From: Guillardia theta CCMP2712
Taxonomy: Eukaryota; Protista; Cryptophyta
Direction: 5' to 3'
DNA length: 64,000 nucleotides
Assembly: GCF_000315625.1 (NCBI RefSeq)
Contig: NW_005434581.1
Span: 90,016-154,015 of the forward strand
Shown piece after piece: positions 46,301 through 59,158 of this stretch; position 1 is the first letter of the stretch; every line of letters begins with the position of its first letter. Both the position numbers and the translations under genes were made by a program. The notes below the pieces were generated by a model. That model was given only the letters and a program-made list of their open reading frames with translations. It was not told the DNA's origin and did not search any database.

Positions 46301-49300
46301 GCCGTGCTGCCGGGGGGGGCGAGCCTCCCGCACGTCTTGCCGTCCCTTCAGCATCACCTGCGGACATTCATGGCCGTCAGCCCCGACAAGCAGGGGATCC
46401 TCGACGTGAAGCTTGCCTCGCTGGGGGTCGAAGAGCATCTGAAGCTCGCAAGGAAGCTGAATGTGCTGTCTGACTTGTTCCCTTGCGTCATCAACAGAGT
46501 TGAGTATGTGCCGATCATCAGCATGCGCAACCTGATTGCAATCTGCAACAAGGTCGGCAAGTTCAAGCAGGAGGGTCTCCACAGGAGCGACACCATCTCG
46601 CTGCTGGTTGCGATCAAAGAGAATGTTCTGTCGTGTCTGCACACGTCAGACAAGATGCTGGTGATGGGCTTGCTGGCTGACTTGTTCCCCGGTCAAGAAG
46701 TGGACGTGCCGTACAGTCAAGACCTGCTGCAACTCAAGGACGGGATTGTGAACCATCTCACCAAGGAGAAGATGGACAAGCAGCCTCTCTGGATAGAGAA
46801 GATCCTCAACATCTACGACGGGATCTCAACTCGTCTCGGTGTGGTGGTGATCGGTCAGTCTGGCCTCGGAAAGACTTCCATGATATCAACTCTTGCGCAA
46901 GTCCTCTCAAACCAGGAGAACCCGCACAAGGTTGCCATCCAGCGAATGTTCAGCAAGAGCCAGGACGTGTCGCAAATGTTTGGACACTTCTGCCCCTCCA
47001 CCGGCAAGTGGCTGGACGGGACCTTCTCCTTCCTCTGGAAGAGATCGACCTACCAGAACGGCTTCAACACTTGGATCTGCCTTGACGGATCCATCGACGA
47101 CTCGTGGGTCGAGCAGCTGGGCTCTACCCTGAGCGGCTTCCAGGTGTTGAACCTGTCCAACGGAGATCGCATTCCTGCCAAGGTCGGGACCAACTTGATC
47201 TTCGAGACAGACAGCCTGCAGAACGCCTCTCCTTCCTTCCTCTCCTCGACCTGTGTCGCCTACGTGTCTTCGTCTGCCCTGCCTTGGCGCTCTGTCGTGA
47301 ACAAGTGGATAGAGGAAAGGAACACAGACGAGAGGACGCTGCTCCGATCACTCTTCGACAGGTCCTGCCCTTCCTCCCTCCCTCCTCCATCTCGCTCTTG
47401 CTCGCTCTCTCTTCCTCTTTTTCTCCTTCACTCAGAATCTCAGTCCATTCTCTCCTGCTCGCTTACCCGCACGTTCGCAGGTACTTGGATCAGGTCCTCC
47501 ACTTCTTCAAGATGCAGTGCTCCAGGACTATGGTCACGTTTGACAACTACGTTCCCCTCGCCATCACCCGCTACTTTGACTGCGCTTGCAAGTACCTTGA
47601 CTTCCGTTGGGACTCCAGCGGCGAGCCGTTCCTCGAGAAGGTCTTCATCTTCTGCTTGTGCTGGGCGTTCGGAGGTGTCATGGAGCCTGGGGATCGAGTC
47701 AAGTTCGGTCAGTTCCTGCACACCATGACTGACCTGCTCCCGACGGTTCCGTTCGGCGACACCCTCTTCGACTTCTTTCCTGATGACAACAGGATGGACT
47801 GGGAGCACTGGAAGACGAGGGTGAAGGAGTGGAACTATCAGAAGCTTGTCCTGCAGGAGCTCTTCGTGCCCTCGATCGAGACAGTCCGCAGCGACTACCT
47901 CCTCAAGTTCCTCAGCACCAAGAAGATGAACGTCCTGATCACGGGGACCCCAGGCTGTGGCAAGTCTACCCTGATGCAGCGATACCTGTCCAGCCACGAC
48001 AGCGACAAGTTCATATGGAGTTACATGTCGCTATGTCCGAGCTCGACGGTCGAGTCCTTGCTTGAATCTCTTCACTTCATCATCGAGAAGAAGCAGGGGC
48101 GCACCTACCTGCCTGAGAACGGCAAGGCCTGCACCGTCTTCGTCGACGACATCAGCTTGACTCCTGTCGACCCCTGGGGCGAGCAGAAGCTGTGCGAGCT
48201 GCTGCGGCAGCTGATGATAGACAACGGGTACTACAGCCATGAGCTGCCGAGCGAGTGGCGGACATTGATCGGGATCAACTACCTGGCAGCCATGAGCCAC
48301 CCAGCACACACTCAGAAAGACATCTCAGTGAGGATGAAAGCTCAATTCGTTGCGATGAGTCTGGGGTCGACGAGTGACACGTCAGTCAACCAGATCTACT
48401 CTAGAGTCTTGGAGCGAGTCTACAAGAAGCGCAAGGCCAGGGATGAGCTGCTGGCGATCGCCAAGAAACTCCCGGAGATGACAAGTAGCCTACTGCAGCA
48501 CGTGCGATCCAACCTGATAGTGAGGAACAAGAACCCCCTGCACACCTTCAACTTCCACGACATGATCGCCATCTTCACGGGAGTGCTCAGATGTCACCCT
48601 GAAGACATGGAGTCTTGCAACGTGCTCGTCAGGCTGTGGCAGCATGAGTGTGAGAGGACGTTGAAGGACAAGCTCGAGGATGAGCATGAGAGAGACATCG
48701 TTGCTGCGGGAGTCAAGTCCGTGCTTGACACCTTCAGCATGTCGAGTCACCTCAAAGACGGCTCGACCAGCGGCGAACACTGCTTGTTCGGGGTGTTGGG
48801 CAACGGGAAGCGCTCTTACTGTCACGTCTCTGACATGGAGAAGCTGACGGAGGACGTGGAGATGTGCATGGAGGCCAACGGGTTCAGTCGCGAGCTCTTC
48901 GATGACGTCATCAATCAGATGCTGAGGATCGCGCGAGCCATCGGAATACCCCGCAAGTCGATCATGCTCGTCAGTCTGCCTGGGTCAGGGAGGAAGTGGA
49001 TTTCTAGGCTGGCAGCTCGCATGTTGTCATCGGACGTGGTCGAGGTGGACTCGACTCACAACTTGGAGGAGACGATCTTGACCTGCTACAAGACAGCCGG
49101 CCTGGAGGCGAAGCCCGTGACAGTGATAGTTGAAGATGCTGTGTTCGGGGACACGATGTGTTCTGAGACGTTGAACCAGCTGTTGAGCCATGGGAGGTAT
49201 CCTTCACGGATCTCGAGGGTTGAACTTCAGAACTTCTCCGAGCTGATCCAGAAGGCGATAAAGAATGAGAGCCATACCCTCTTCTCCAACCGCCAGCTCC

Positions 49301-52300
49301 TTCGCATGCTCGAGTGCAGAGCCTGGGACAACTTGCACCTGGTCTTCTGCTTCGACCAGTACGAAAGGCTCCTGAAAGCTTGCAACGAGGTTCCTGCCAT
49401 CCCCAAGTCGTGCTACGTTGACGTCTTCCTTCCTTGGAAGCCCGAGACCGCCCGGCAGGTCGCCTTTTCTCAGCTCAGAGATCTCCAGCTTGACTTCCAG
49501 GCCGACCCGGAGGTGATCTCAGCCTACGTGGCTGGTGCCCACACGCTGGTGCTGAGGAAGTCGAAGGAGTACGAGAAGAAGGTGAGGAGGGAGCTGCACG
49601 TGGGGCCCGGGCTGTTCCTATCGTACCTCGACACCTTCAAGCGGATCTTCCGCAACCAGGTTCAGTTCATGTCCAAGAAGATGGAGAGGACGCACGGAAC
49701 CCTCAAGAAGCTCAGAGACGCGGGGTTTCACGTCGCCGAGCTCAAGAGCAGGCTCAAGGACCGCAGCATGGAGCTTGCGGACGCGCAGGCAGAGTCTGCG
49801 GGGATGCTGCAGGATATCAGCGACATAGTGAAGCAGGCGGAGAGGATGAAGGCGACGCTCATGACGGCCAAGAACCGTCTGGCCGAGCAGTCGCAGATGC
49901 TGCAGCAGGAGCGGGAGGGCCTCCAGAAGGACTTGGACTACGCCACCCCCTTCATCTCCGAGGCCTTCGAAGCCGCAAAGTCCATCCCCCCCGAGGAGGT
50001 GAAGTCGCTGGCGGGAAACAAGAACCCTCCTTTCACCACCCGCCTCATCTTCGATACCGTCCTCATCGCCCTCGCACGGCCTCTGAGGCCCGTGGAAGTG
50101 ATTGACGGGAAGCTCTATCGGGACTCGTACCTCTACGTCGCTGACCTGCTGGGCGACGAGCAGCTGCTGGAGAAGCTGGTCAAGACGTGCGAGTCAAAGA
50201 TCAACGGGGAGACGGCTGAGCTGCTGATGCCTTACCTTGAAAACAAGGAGTTCCGTAACGCCAGCGCCAAGGTCTCGTCAAACCTCCTCCTGCTCGTCTC
50301 CTCCTGGGTCCAGAACCTTGTGAGGTACTACCAGACCATCGACAGGAGCTCGGTGAAGAAGTCGAGGATCGCGTCCTTGGAAGAGTCCGTGGAGGTGCTG
50401 GGAATGCAAGTGAAGGAGATCCAGTCGGAGTTGGATGTGGTACAGGAGGAGCTCGACAAGTTTCAAGACAACTTCGACGACTCGCTCAAAAACAAGCAGG
50501 CGGTGGAGAAGGACGAGAGCACCTTACAACAGAAGCTATCCATCTCCACCTCCCTCCTCACGAACCTCCAGCGCGAGAGGATACAGTGGATGAATGACCT
50601 GGAGGAACGCAAGAACGAGATGAAGAAGCTCGCGGGGGACTGCGGCATCGCCTCTGCCATGATGGTGTACCTGGGGCCCTTCAGCAAGGACGCCAGGACC
50701 GAGATCATGCAGTCACTTTCTTCCTGGTGCCACGAGTGTGAGATCGAGTTCTCCCACGAGCTTCACGTCCCCAAGTTCTTCACCACCCAGAACGAAATCA
50801 GCTCCTGGTTCCTCCAGGGCCTCCCCTGCGATGAGTTCTCCATCCAGAACGGCATCTTGACCTGGTACTGCAGCAAGCCGCCTGTCCTCATTGACCCACA
50901 GGAGCAGTGCGTCACGTGGCTGAGAGGGAAGCTCGACCCTCTCGTCGTCCATGGGGCCGCGTACGAGCACTCCATGCATAAGATCGAGAGCTCCGTCGTG
51001 CTGGGACGGGAGCTGGTCATCGTCGGGATGGAGGTTGACTTTCCCCGGAGCCTCCTCTCCCTCGTTCAGAACTTGAACGCGTACAAGAGGACCTCGGAGA
51101 CCAAGTGCAGCCTGCTGGGCAAGGAGGTGGACATTCACAGCAACTTCCGGCTGTTCCTAGTCACGAACGCGAAGAGAGCAGGTTTCAAACCTCACATGTT
51201 TGACAAAGGAACAGTCATCGACTTCTCCATCACGTTCAGCGGCCTAGAGGATCAGATCCTCAACACGGTGCTGCGGGAGGAGAACGCGACCCTGTACCAG
51301 GAGAAGTTCCAGCTCATGCGCAGGATCAACGACTTGCGGGAGAAGGTCGACGAGATGGACGAGGTGCTTGTGGAGGAGATCTCAAGACTCGACGGCAACC
51401 TCCTCGACGACCAGCCCTTCATGCAGAGCCTGGAGCTCAAGATAGCGACTCTGCACGAGACGGAGGAGGAGCTCAGCGCGGCTGAGGAGCAGGAGGCGGA
51501 CGTGACCTCCAAGTGCGACGAGTATCGCTCGTTGGCGACCAGGGGAGCACACCTCTACACGGCAGTCTCTGACATGGCCGAGGTGAACCCCAGCTATGTC
51601 ACCAACTGCAGCATCTTCCACCAGGTCTTCACCTCCGCGTTCCCTGAGCGGGAGCGGATCATGTCGTTTGACAGCAGGCTCTCGTCCCTCCTGCAGCATT
51701 CGACGGACGCGGTGACGAGCTTCTTCTCGGGGGGGTACGACAGCAAGCACCGCATGATCTTCATGCTCCTAGTCGCCCTCAAGATCGCCCTAGGGGAGCA
51801 GGAGCATGCCGAGCCCGACTACCTCCTCTGCCTCGCTGGCTGCGGGTCGAGCCTGGAGATCTCGCTGGGACCCAAGAAGCACGCGGCCTGGATCTCCGAC
51901 GCCGCCTGGCTCAATTGCGTCTTCCTCTCCGAGCGGATCCCCAAGTTCCAGAACCTGCTGGAGTCGCTGCACAAGAGTAACAGCGCGTGGAAGGGCTGGT
52001 ACGAGAAGGAGAGCCCCGAGACCGACGCGTCTGTTGACCCCGAGCTGGACCTCCTGCACCGGCTGCTGCTCGTGCGAGCGATGCGGGAGGACAGGCTGTG
52101 GTTCGCTTGCGACCTCTTCGTCCGTCAGACCGTCGGAGCGTCGAGAAGCCGAGGGTTCACGGAGCTGAACCTGGAGGAGAGCGTGCGGTACACCTCCCCG
52201 CGCACTCCCATCCTCCTTTTCACCGCCAAGCACGAGGACAGCATCGACCTGGCGACGGAGTTTTCGCGATCCAAGGGGAGGAGCCTCAACGTCCACGCGT

Positions 52301-54039
52301 TCGGGGAGGAGGAGCTGGGGGAGGCTGAGGGGCAGATCAAGCAAGCTGCCTCCAGGAGCTCCTGGCTGCTGCTGCATCACTGCGACAGCAACCAGCCTCT
52401 CATGCGCTTAGTCGAGACCTTCCTCCTCTCCTCCGAGGGCTCCTGGGACCCTGACTTCCGCCTGTGGCTCACGGTTTCGGAGAGGTCGCGGGTACCCCAA
52501 GAGCTCGCCCGCATCTCCGTCAAGGTCTCTCGGGACAGGCCCAAGTCCATCAGGGACTCGATCTCCCTCTTCCGGCCCTCCTCCCTCCCCCTCGGCCCCT
52601 CATCGACGGAGGGAAGCAGGAGAGTCTGGGACACGTTCAAGACCCGCTGGCTGCTCTGCTTCGCGATTCTCCAGCAGAGAGGAAAGTTCTCCTCCTCCTC
52701 GTGGAACTCTCAGCTGGACCTGGAAGCGACCGACTGGAAGTACTCCAGCAGCGTGCTGGAGGACTTTTGCAGCTCCTTCCAGGACAGGTACGGGCTGAGG
52801 GAGATGGTGATGAGGATGAAGGAGCTGGTGGAGCAGCACCTGGTCGGGTCGAAGCAGCAGGACGAGGTCGATCGCAAGGTGCTGGCGACTTACCTGGACA
52901 GGTTCCTCGTGGAGAACTTGAGCAGCCAGCAGGTAGCCGAACTCCTCCAGGACCCCGCGAGCTCTGAGGTGCCCTTCGACCATATGCTCGACCTCCTCCC
53001 TCCCTCCGACGCTGCTGCTCAGTTCGGACTCTCCTCCTACCACGACCAGGCGTACAGGGTGAAGCTCGCAGACCAGCTCATGGAGGGGATGAAGCTGCTG
53101 ACAACGCCAGCGGAGGAGGAGCAGGACGTGGAGGAGGTGGAGGAGGTGGTCAGGGACATCGCAACCAACATGCTCGCCAAGGTTCCTTCCCCGTGGAACA
53201 CGGAGCAGGTGAAGCTCAGCACCAAGGGCAAGTTCAGCCGAGCTGCTATCACCATCTTCTTCAACCAAGAGATCGAGAGGATGCAGCGGGTGCTGAAGCT
53301 CGTCAGAAACACCCTCCAGGCCCTCCTGCTCTCTATGTCCGGCACTCAGCAGCGGAACGACCGGACCCGCGTCCTGCTCAACACGCTCTTCGAGGCCATG
53401 GTCCCTGCTGAGTGGCTGGACGTCTCCTGGAACGTGACGTCACTGGGCGAGTGGATAGCGAACCTGATGCAGCGTCACGATCACCTGGCCAAGTGGATGG
53501 CCAAGAAGTCCTCGAACCAGTACTGGCTGGGCGGCATGTTCAACCCCCACGGCTTCCTACTTGCCATCAAGCAGGAGGCGGTGAAGAAGAACTTGTCCGC
53601 CGGCTGGTCTCTCGAGGATCTCTCCTTCGACATCCAGCCTGCGAGCGCTGCGAGCAAGCGGGAGACGCACGGGCAGGAGCAGGAGTTGTCGCAGGGGAAC
53701 GCGGTCATCCTGTATGGCCTCTTCCTCGAAGGAGCCTCGTGGTCCCAGCGAGAGAGCGGCAGGCTCGTCGACCCTCCAGCTCGCACCCAGCTCAGCGACT
53801 TCCCTCGCCTCCTCCTCTCCGTCTTCCGCGAAGTCTCCACCAGCGATCCCAGCGCCGACCCCAGCTCGCACGCGGGGATCCGAGACACCCACGGTGTCAT
53901 CTACATGTGCCCCTGCTACACCGGGCTGAGAAGGAGCAGGGAAAGCCTCCTCTTCATGGTTCCCATCTACACCGAAGAGCCTGCCATGGTCGCCCGTTGG
54001 ACCCTCCGAAAGGTCGCGCTCGTGGCGAACAAGTTTTAA
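40344..54039 (+). CDS. Axonemal dynein heavy chain (outer-arm gamma/DNAH5-like), ~4508 aa, with a degenerate AAA1 site
   Basis: Three long ORFs joined by introns 44502-44551 and 47362-47480. Tail (GPRSETTWWRKR, PGNVLWVRHL), linker (FPRFFFVSD), AAA1-4 P-loops, stalk/MTBD (PPFTTRLIFDTVL...INGETAELLMPYL), AAA5-6 and C-terminal WLGGMFNPHGFL, GLFLEGASW, WTLRKVAL. Confidence 0.95.
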
Positions 54040-54254
54040 TCCGCCCGTTAGCCTTAAACTTCTACTGCTCGTACTTGAGAGCTTATGCTGGTCTTGAAAA
54101 TTTCCTTCTACTCCTCCTCTTCTGCTGCAGCTCCTCCTCCTCCTCCTCCTCCTCCTCCTCCTCTCATCTCCCGTAGCTATCCCTCCTCCTCCTCCTCCTC
54201 CTCCTCCTCCTCCGCCTCGTCCTGCTGCTGCTGATCTCTTGCTTCCACCTCCTC

Positions 54255-57200
54255 CTATCTCTGAATGCTCCAGTTCGACCCGACCTTCGACAATTTTCCG
54301 ATCACCCCCTGCAAGGACAGCTGACTTTTCAGCTGTGCGTCCCGAGCTGACGACAAGCTGGAGTCCAGCTGGGAGGAGTTGCCGGCGGTTGCAAGGGTAT
54401 TGATGTCCTCGATGCGGACGGCAGGCTGAAGGGAAGCAGCGCGCGCGAGGTCTCTGGCGACCACGGGGATGAGTCGATGCCCTACGTCGGAGGAGGGAGC
54501 CTGGTCGCTGTTTCCGCTGGAGGAGGGAGGATGAGTAGGCTGCTTCTGGTCCCCTCCTGCTCCTCCTGCTCCTCCTCCCTCAACAAACTTGAGCAGCTGC
54601 GCAAGGGAGACCCCGTGCTCTACCGTCGAAGGCTGGGAAGACGCCGCCTCGCTTCCTCCCTCTGCCTTGCCCCTGTCCTGCTGCAGCAGCTTCATGTTGT
54701 GGATCTTGCTCTTGTTCTCTGCTATCCATTGACCCACTGCATCCCAGCCATGCTCCCCCAGCGCCCCGTTAGAATCTTTGTACCCATCTAGCAGTACATC
54801 GTAGTGCCGTGCCCGAGCCGGGGCAGATGCTACGTGCGCAGCGGGAGCTCTAGAGCTCCTTGAGGCTCCGTTGCTCTTGTTCTTCTCCAGCGTCTTCTCT
54901 ATGGAGCCGAGGACGAAGGAGAGGTACTCCACCGCTTCCGCCAGCTCCCCCAGCTCAGACGAGTCGTGCTGCTTTCCCAGCTCAGACGAGTCGTGCTGCT
55001 CTCCCAGCTCCCCGAAGGATCTCGAGCTCCTTGTTGAGAACTCCAGCTGCGCCCCAGCTCGAAACCTGCTGGAAGTTTGCGAAGTCTCCCTCTTGTTCAT
55101 GTCCGGGGTCACCTCATGCTGGTCTGATGCTGGGCTGGTGCTGGGAAGTGTGAAGTCGGAGCTGATCCTTCCATCTCCCCCTCCTCCTCCCTGCGGCTTG
55201 CCGGGAGGCGTGATGGCGGAAGCGGATGGAGCTGTTCCTGCTATAGCTACTCCTGCAACGGAAGGAGAGGAGGGAGGGGAGAGAGACTTGGAGGAGAAGC
55301 CGGCGCGGTTGATCGCCTTGCGGAAGTCTCGGAGGACGCGGACAGAAGATTCCTGCTCTCTGAGCTTGATGTTATTCTGCCGCATCACCTGCTTCACAAT
55401 TTCCTTCCATCGGATAATCGCCACCGTCGCGTTGGGGTCACTGAAGTCGCGCTCCACGTCCAGACTTATCCTCCGTTGCTTATCCACCTCCATCTCCATG
55501 TCTCCCCCGAACTGCTTCAGGATACGGTCGAACTTGACGGTCGAGATGAACATGCATGTCACTGGAGCCACTGACCACAGCTCGATCTTGGGCTTCACTC
55601 CATCCTTGACAAGCAGCATGTCCTCGCCGAAGGAGTTCCCGGGGTGCAGCGTGGAGAGCGTGCGGCCGTTGGAGAGGACCATGATGGCGGTGCCGGTGAC
55701 GACGAGGTAGAGTCCTTCGTGGTACTTGTCATTGTTTGCCTTGAAGATCGGGACGAGCTCGGGGAACGTCAGCTGGCTCATCGCGTCCCAGATCTGGATG
55801 ACGAATCGCTCGATCGCCTCGCTCTGGAGGTTGGCGAAGAGAGGTATGCCCATGAGCAGCGACTCGTGCAGCTTGACCCGAAGCTCGAACGCCATGGAGC
55901 TCGGGAGGACCCGGACAAGGTCATGCTCGTTGCGGAAGGTCACCGAGGTCTCATGCTTGAACCTCACCCAGCTGAGAACTCTTTTCTGCAGATCAGCAGG
56001 CACGTCCTTCTCCCTCAGGTAGTCCGTCACGCGGTTGAGGAGCGAGGAGAGGTCCCGGGCCTGCTGATTCATCTGCATGACAGCATCCTGGATCTCTGCT
56101 AGAAGAGCGCCGAAGGCGAGGGCTGCTATGTACGCCAGGACGATACAAATGATCCGCTCCTCGGAGTTAGTGGCAGAGATGTCTCCGAAGCCGATGGTGC
56201 TGAAGATGGTGACCACGAAGTAGGTGGCTATGACGTACTTGTCGAGCAGGCACGGGCTCGAGAAGTAGTGGTCGCCGTTGCACGTGAAGACTCCGTTGTC
56301 CTCGAGGAAGAGAAGGACATCCTCGTAGCTGTTGGAGTGCTCCTTCACCAGCCAGAACATGGAGGCGGAAGCGTGCTCGATGAGGGCGATGACGAGTAGA
56401 ACTTTGAGGATGCGGGTGATGTTGGAAGGCAGGCGAAACGATCGAAGAATCTTGGAGATGATACCCGAAGTCGGGACATCGCTCTCGAGCATGGAGATCG
56501 CTCTGAAGGTCCTCAGAATCTTGAGCAGCCTGACGGGCTTCAGCATCCTAACAAGCCTGAACGACTGATCCCCTCCTGTCCCCCCTCGCTCACAGGCTTT
56601 AAGGGTGGCGAGCTGCATCCAAGTCAGACAGGCATGGAGGAGGCGGAGGAAGAGAGAAGAGATCACCTCCACGTAGGAGGCAGGGATCGAAGTGATGAGG
56701 TCGAAGAAGAGACTCCGCTGTACATACGACAGCAACACTCTGCCCAAGTCGTCGACATACTCGTTGTGGATGAAAGTGCCCGTTACAAAGTTCAGCAAGA
56801 TCTCCAACAGGAAGAACGAGTCCACAAACACGTCAAAGTACAAGGTCGGCGTCTTCACGCACGAGTCTGCCGTCCAGAAGAAGCCGGCGGCAAACGCGCT
56901 GCCAACCGCGGAGTAGAGCAGGAGGACAGAGGAAATAATAGATGTCCCCTTTGTAAAGGGAGAGAAAGGATGGATCAGCCGCGAGTGCGCATACGTCTCG
57001 CCCTCCTCCCCGATCCCAAACCATCTCGTTTGCCATTTCTGGTACTTGAAAGATTTCATCACCCGATGGAGAAGCGCATGGTGGAGTTGGTTCCCTTCCA
57101 CAAGGTGGATCCTTCAAAGGGCCAGGAGTCACTGAAAGAAGTACCCGAGGAAGGCAGGAGCTACGTACCCGATGCTTGTGCTCTCACCGCCATTCCCATG

Positions 57201-57269
57201 CTGACTGACATCCTTGTCTTTGTTTGCCGCCCGAATCCGAGGCTTTTTGATCGCACCTCCTCGTCCCAT
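54255..57269 (-). CDS. Voltage-gated K+ channel with C-linker and cyclic-nucleotide-binding(-homology) domain (EAG/CNG/HCN superfamily)
   Basis: LIHPFS S1 lead-in; S4 FRLVRMLKPVRLLKILR; pore TIFSTIGFGDI; C-linker YLREKDVPADLQKRV; CNBD GLYLVVTG...PGNSFGE. One in-frame intron near 56620-56666. The start (ATG57269) is tentative. Confidence 0.9.
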
Positions 57270-57519
57270 CTTCTCAGATGCGATCAGGCGGTGATAGCGC
57301 AACTACAGACAGAGCACCGCTTCTTTGCTATCTCGAGGGTACACACATACACACGAGTAATTTGGCCTGCAATGAACCAAGTTAATCCAAAAATCTTCGT
57401 GTTTTCTATCATGGTAAACAGTTCCCTCTCATCAGAACAGTCTCGTGTGTTTCTCATTTCGATCAGATGCTTCTGTTCTCTCGCACTCCTAAACCAGCAA
57501 TATCCTCATCTCCACCGTC

Positions 57520-57940
57520 TCTCTCTTCCTCTCGTCTTCTCTCTCCTGTCTCCTGTCTTCTCTCCTCTCCTCTCCTCTCCTCTCCTCTCCTCTCCTCTCC
57601 TCTCCTCTCCTCTCCTCTCTCACCTCCTCTCCTCTCCCCTCTCCTCTTTCCTCTCTCCTCTCCTTTCCTCTCTCGTCTCCTCTCCTCTCCTCTCTGTTCT
57701 CTGTTCTCTGTTCTCTGTTCTCTGCTCTCTGCTCTCTGCTCTCTGCTCTCTGCTCTCCTTTCCTCTCTCCTCTGCTCTCTCCTCTCTCCTCTCTTCTCTG
57801 CTCTCTCCTCTGCTCTCTGTTCTCTGCTCTCTGCTCTCCTCTCTCCTCTCTCCTCTCTTCTCTGCTCTCTCCTCTCTTCTCTCTTCTCTCTTCTCTCCTC
57901 TCTCTTCTCTCTCCTCTCCTCTCTCCTCTCTTCTCTTTCC
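57520..57940. repeat. Long polypyrimidine (CTCTC / CTCTG) simple-repeat tract
   Basis: Direct observation. Confidence 0.9.
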
Positions 57941-59158
57941 TCACTTGGCTTCCTGCAGTAGTCAAATCACATATCTAGTCCTCAACGAACCGTCTCACTA
58001 CCCCCCACCCCCCCTACCCCCATTCAGTACCCCTTTTATTTCTGTCTCGTTCCGTGGGTGAGCAAGGACAACCCCTACCCCTCAAAGTCAACTTTCTATT
58101 ATGCTATTCCTACAGGGGGTGGGGTAGTGGTGAAAAAGTACCCACATGTTTTACCGTCATGTTCCTATGAAAAACCACCACCCCCACCCCCTCCACCCCC
58201 ACCAACTTCTCAAGTTAATAAAGGACCCACCCCCCCTTTCCGACCGATAACAGGCCTGAATGGTCCCGACCTTACCACCCCCCCTTGTCCCCTCTAGTAC
58301 ATATCGAGGACCGGGTACCCAGCGGATCAACCGTGACCAGTCATTGTGGCAATGGCCCGGCAGTTTATCGCACAGGACTTGGCAGTGTAGTGTAGTTGCG
58401 GGTGCGACGATGGTGAACATGAACAAAGACTCGTCGAAACATGCCTACACTGTTGATGTGCGACTATGTTGCTCCCCGGGATGTGAGTCAAGCATGTCCA
58501 TGGCCTCGATCGGTAGTCTGTTTGCGTTTACGATGGAAGACTGAACCCATGTGTGGGGGTTCATGTTTTACATGACTAAATGTTGTTCGTGTCTTTACTG
58601 AATGTTGTTTATGTCTTGACTGAAGATCATACAGAGATCTCAAACTCTGAGTAATCCAAAGAGGATATGTCAGATATTCCCCAAGCTTCTAAGTTGCTCG
58701 AGAAATCTTTTATCATTTCATGTGTTAGATTCCCTTGCACTTTGCAATGTAGCGATTGTTCTGATAAATCTCTCTGCCTTTTCTTTTATAGCACTACTAT
58801 GAATAGGAGTAATATTCTATCGAATGCTTTGTTCCCTGACGATGTTGCATTTCGTAATCAGTGGAGAATTCAGTTCCTTCATGAACTCTCGATCCGCACA
58901 AGGAGGCGCCTTCCGATCTTTGGTCCTGTCTGATCATATTCTTCACCATCTCTGAGTTTATTGTGTTGTTGAGAGATAAACACGCCTTGTCCCTCACAGC
59001 TCCTGATCTGACTTCGACCTTTCCACCTTGACAAAGTACATCCATGCGTTGGCTGACAGGGTCTTGGTGAGTTAGTTCAGGTGCAGCAGCGTGCGATAGG
59101 ACATGGTTGAACCATGTTGTAGTGCTGCAGAGGTAGGAGGCGACTTGTGCTCGAGAGT

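Noticed and set aside
56634-58061. 475-aa plus-strand ORF
   Set aside because: Made of antisense channel sequence plus a stop-free CT microsatellite.
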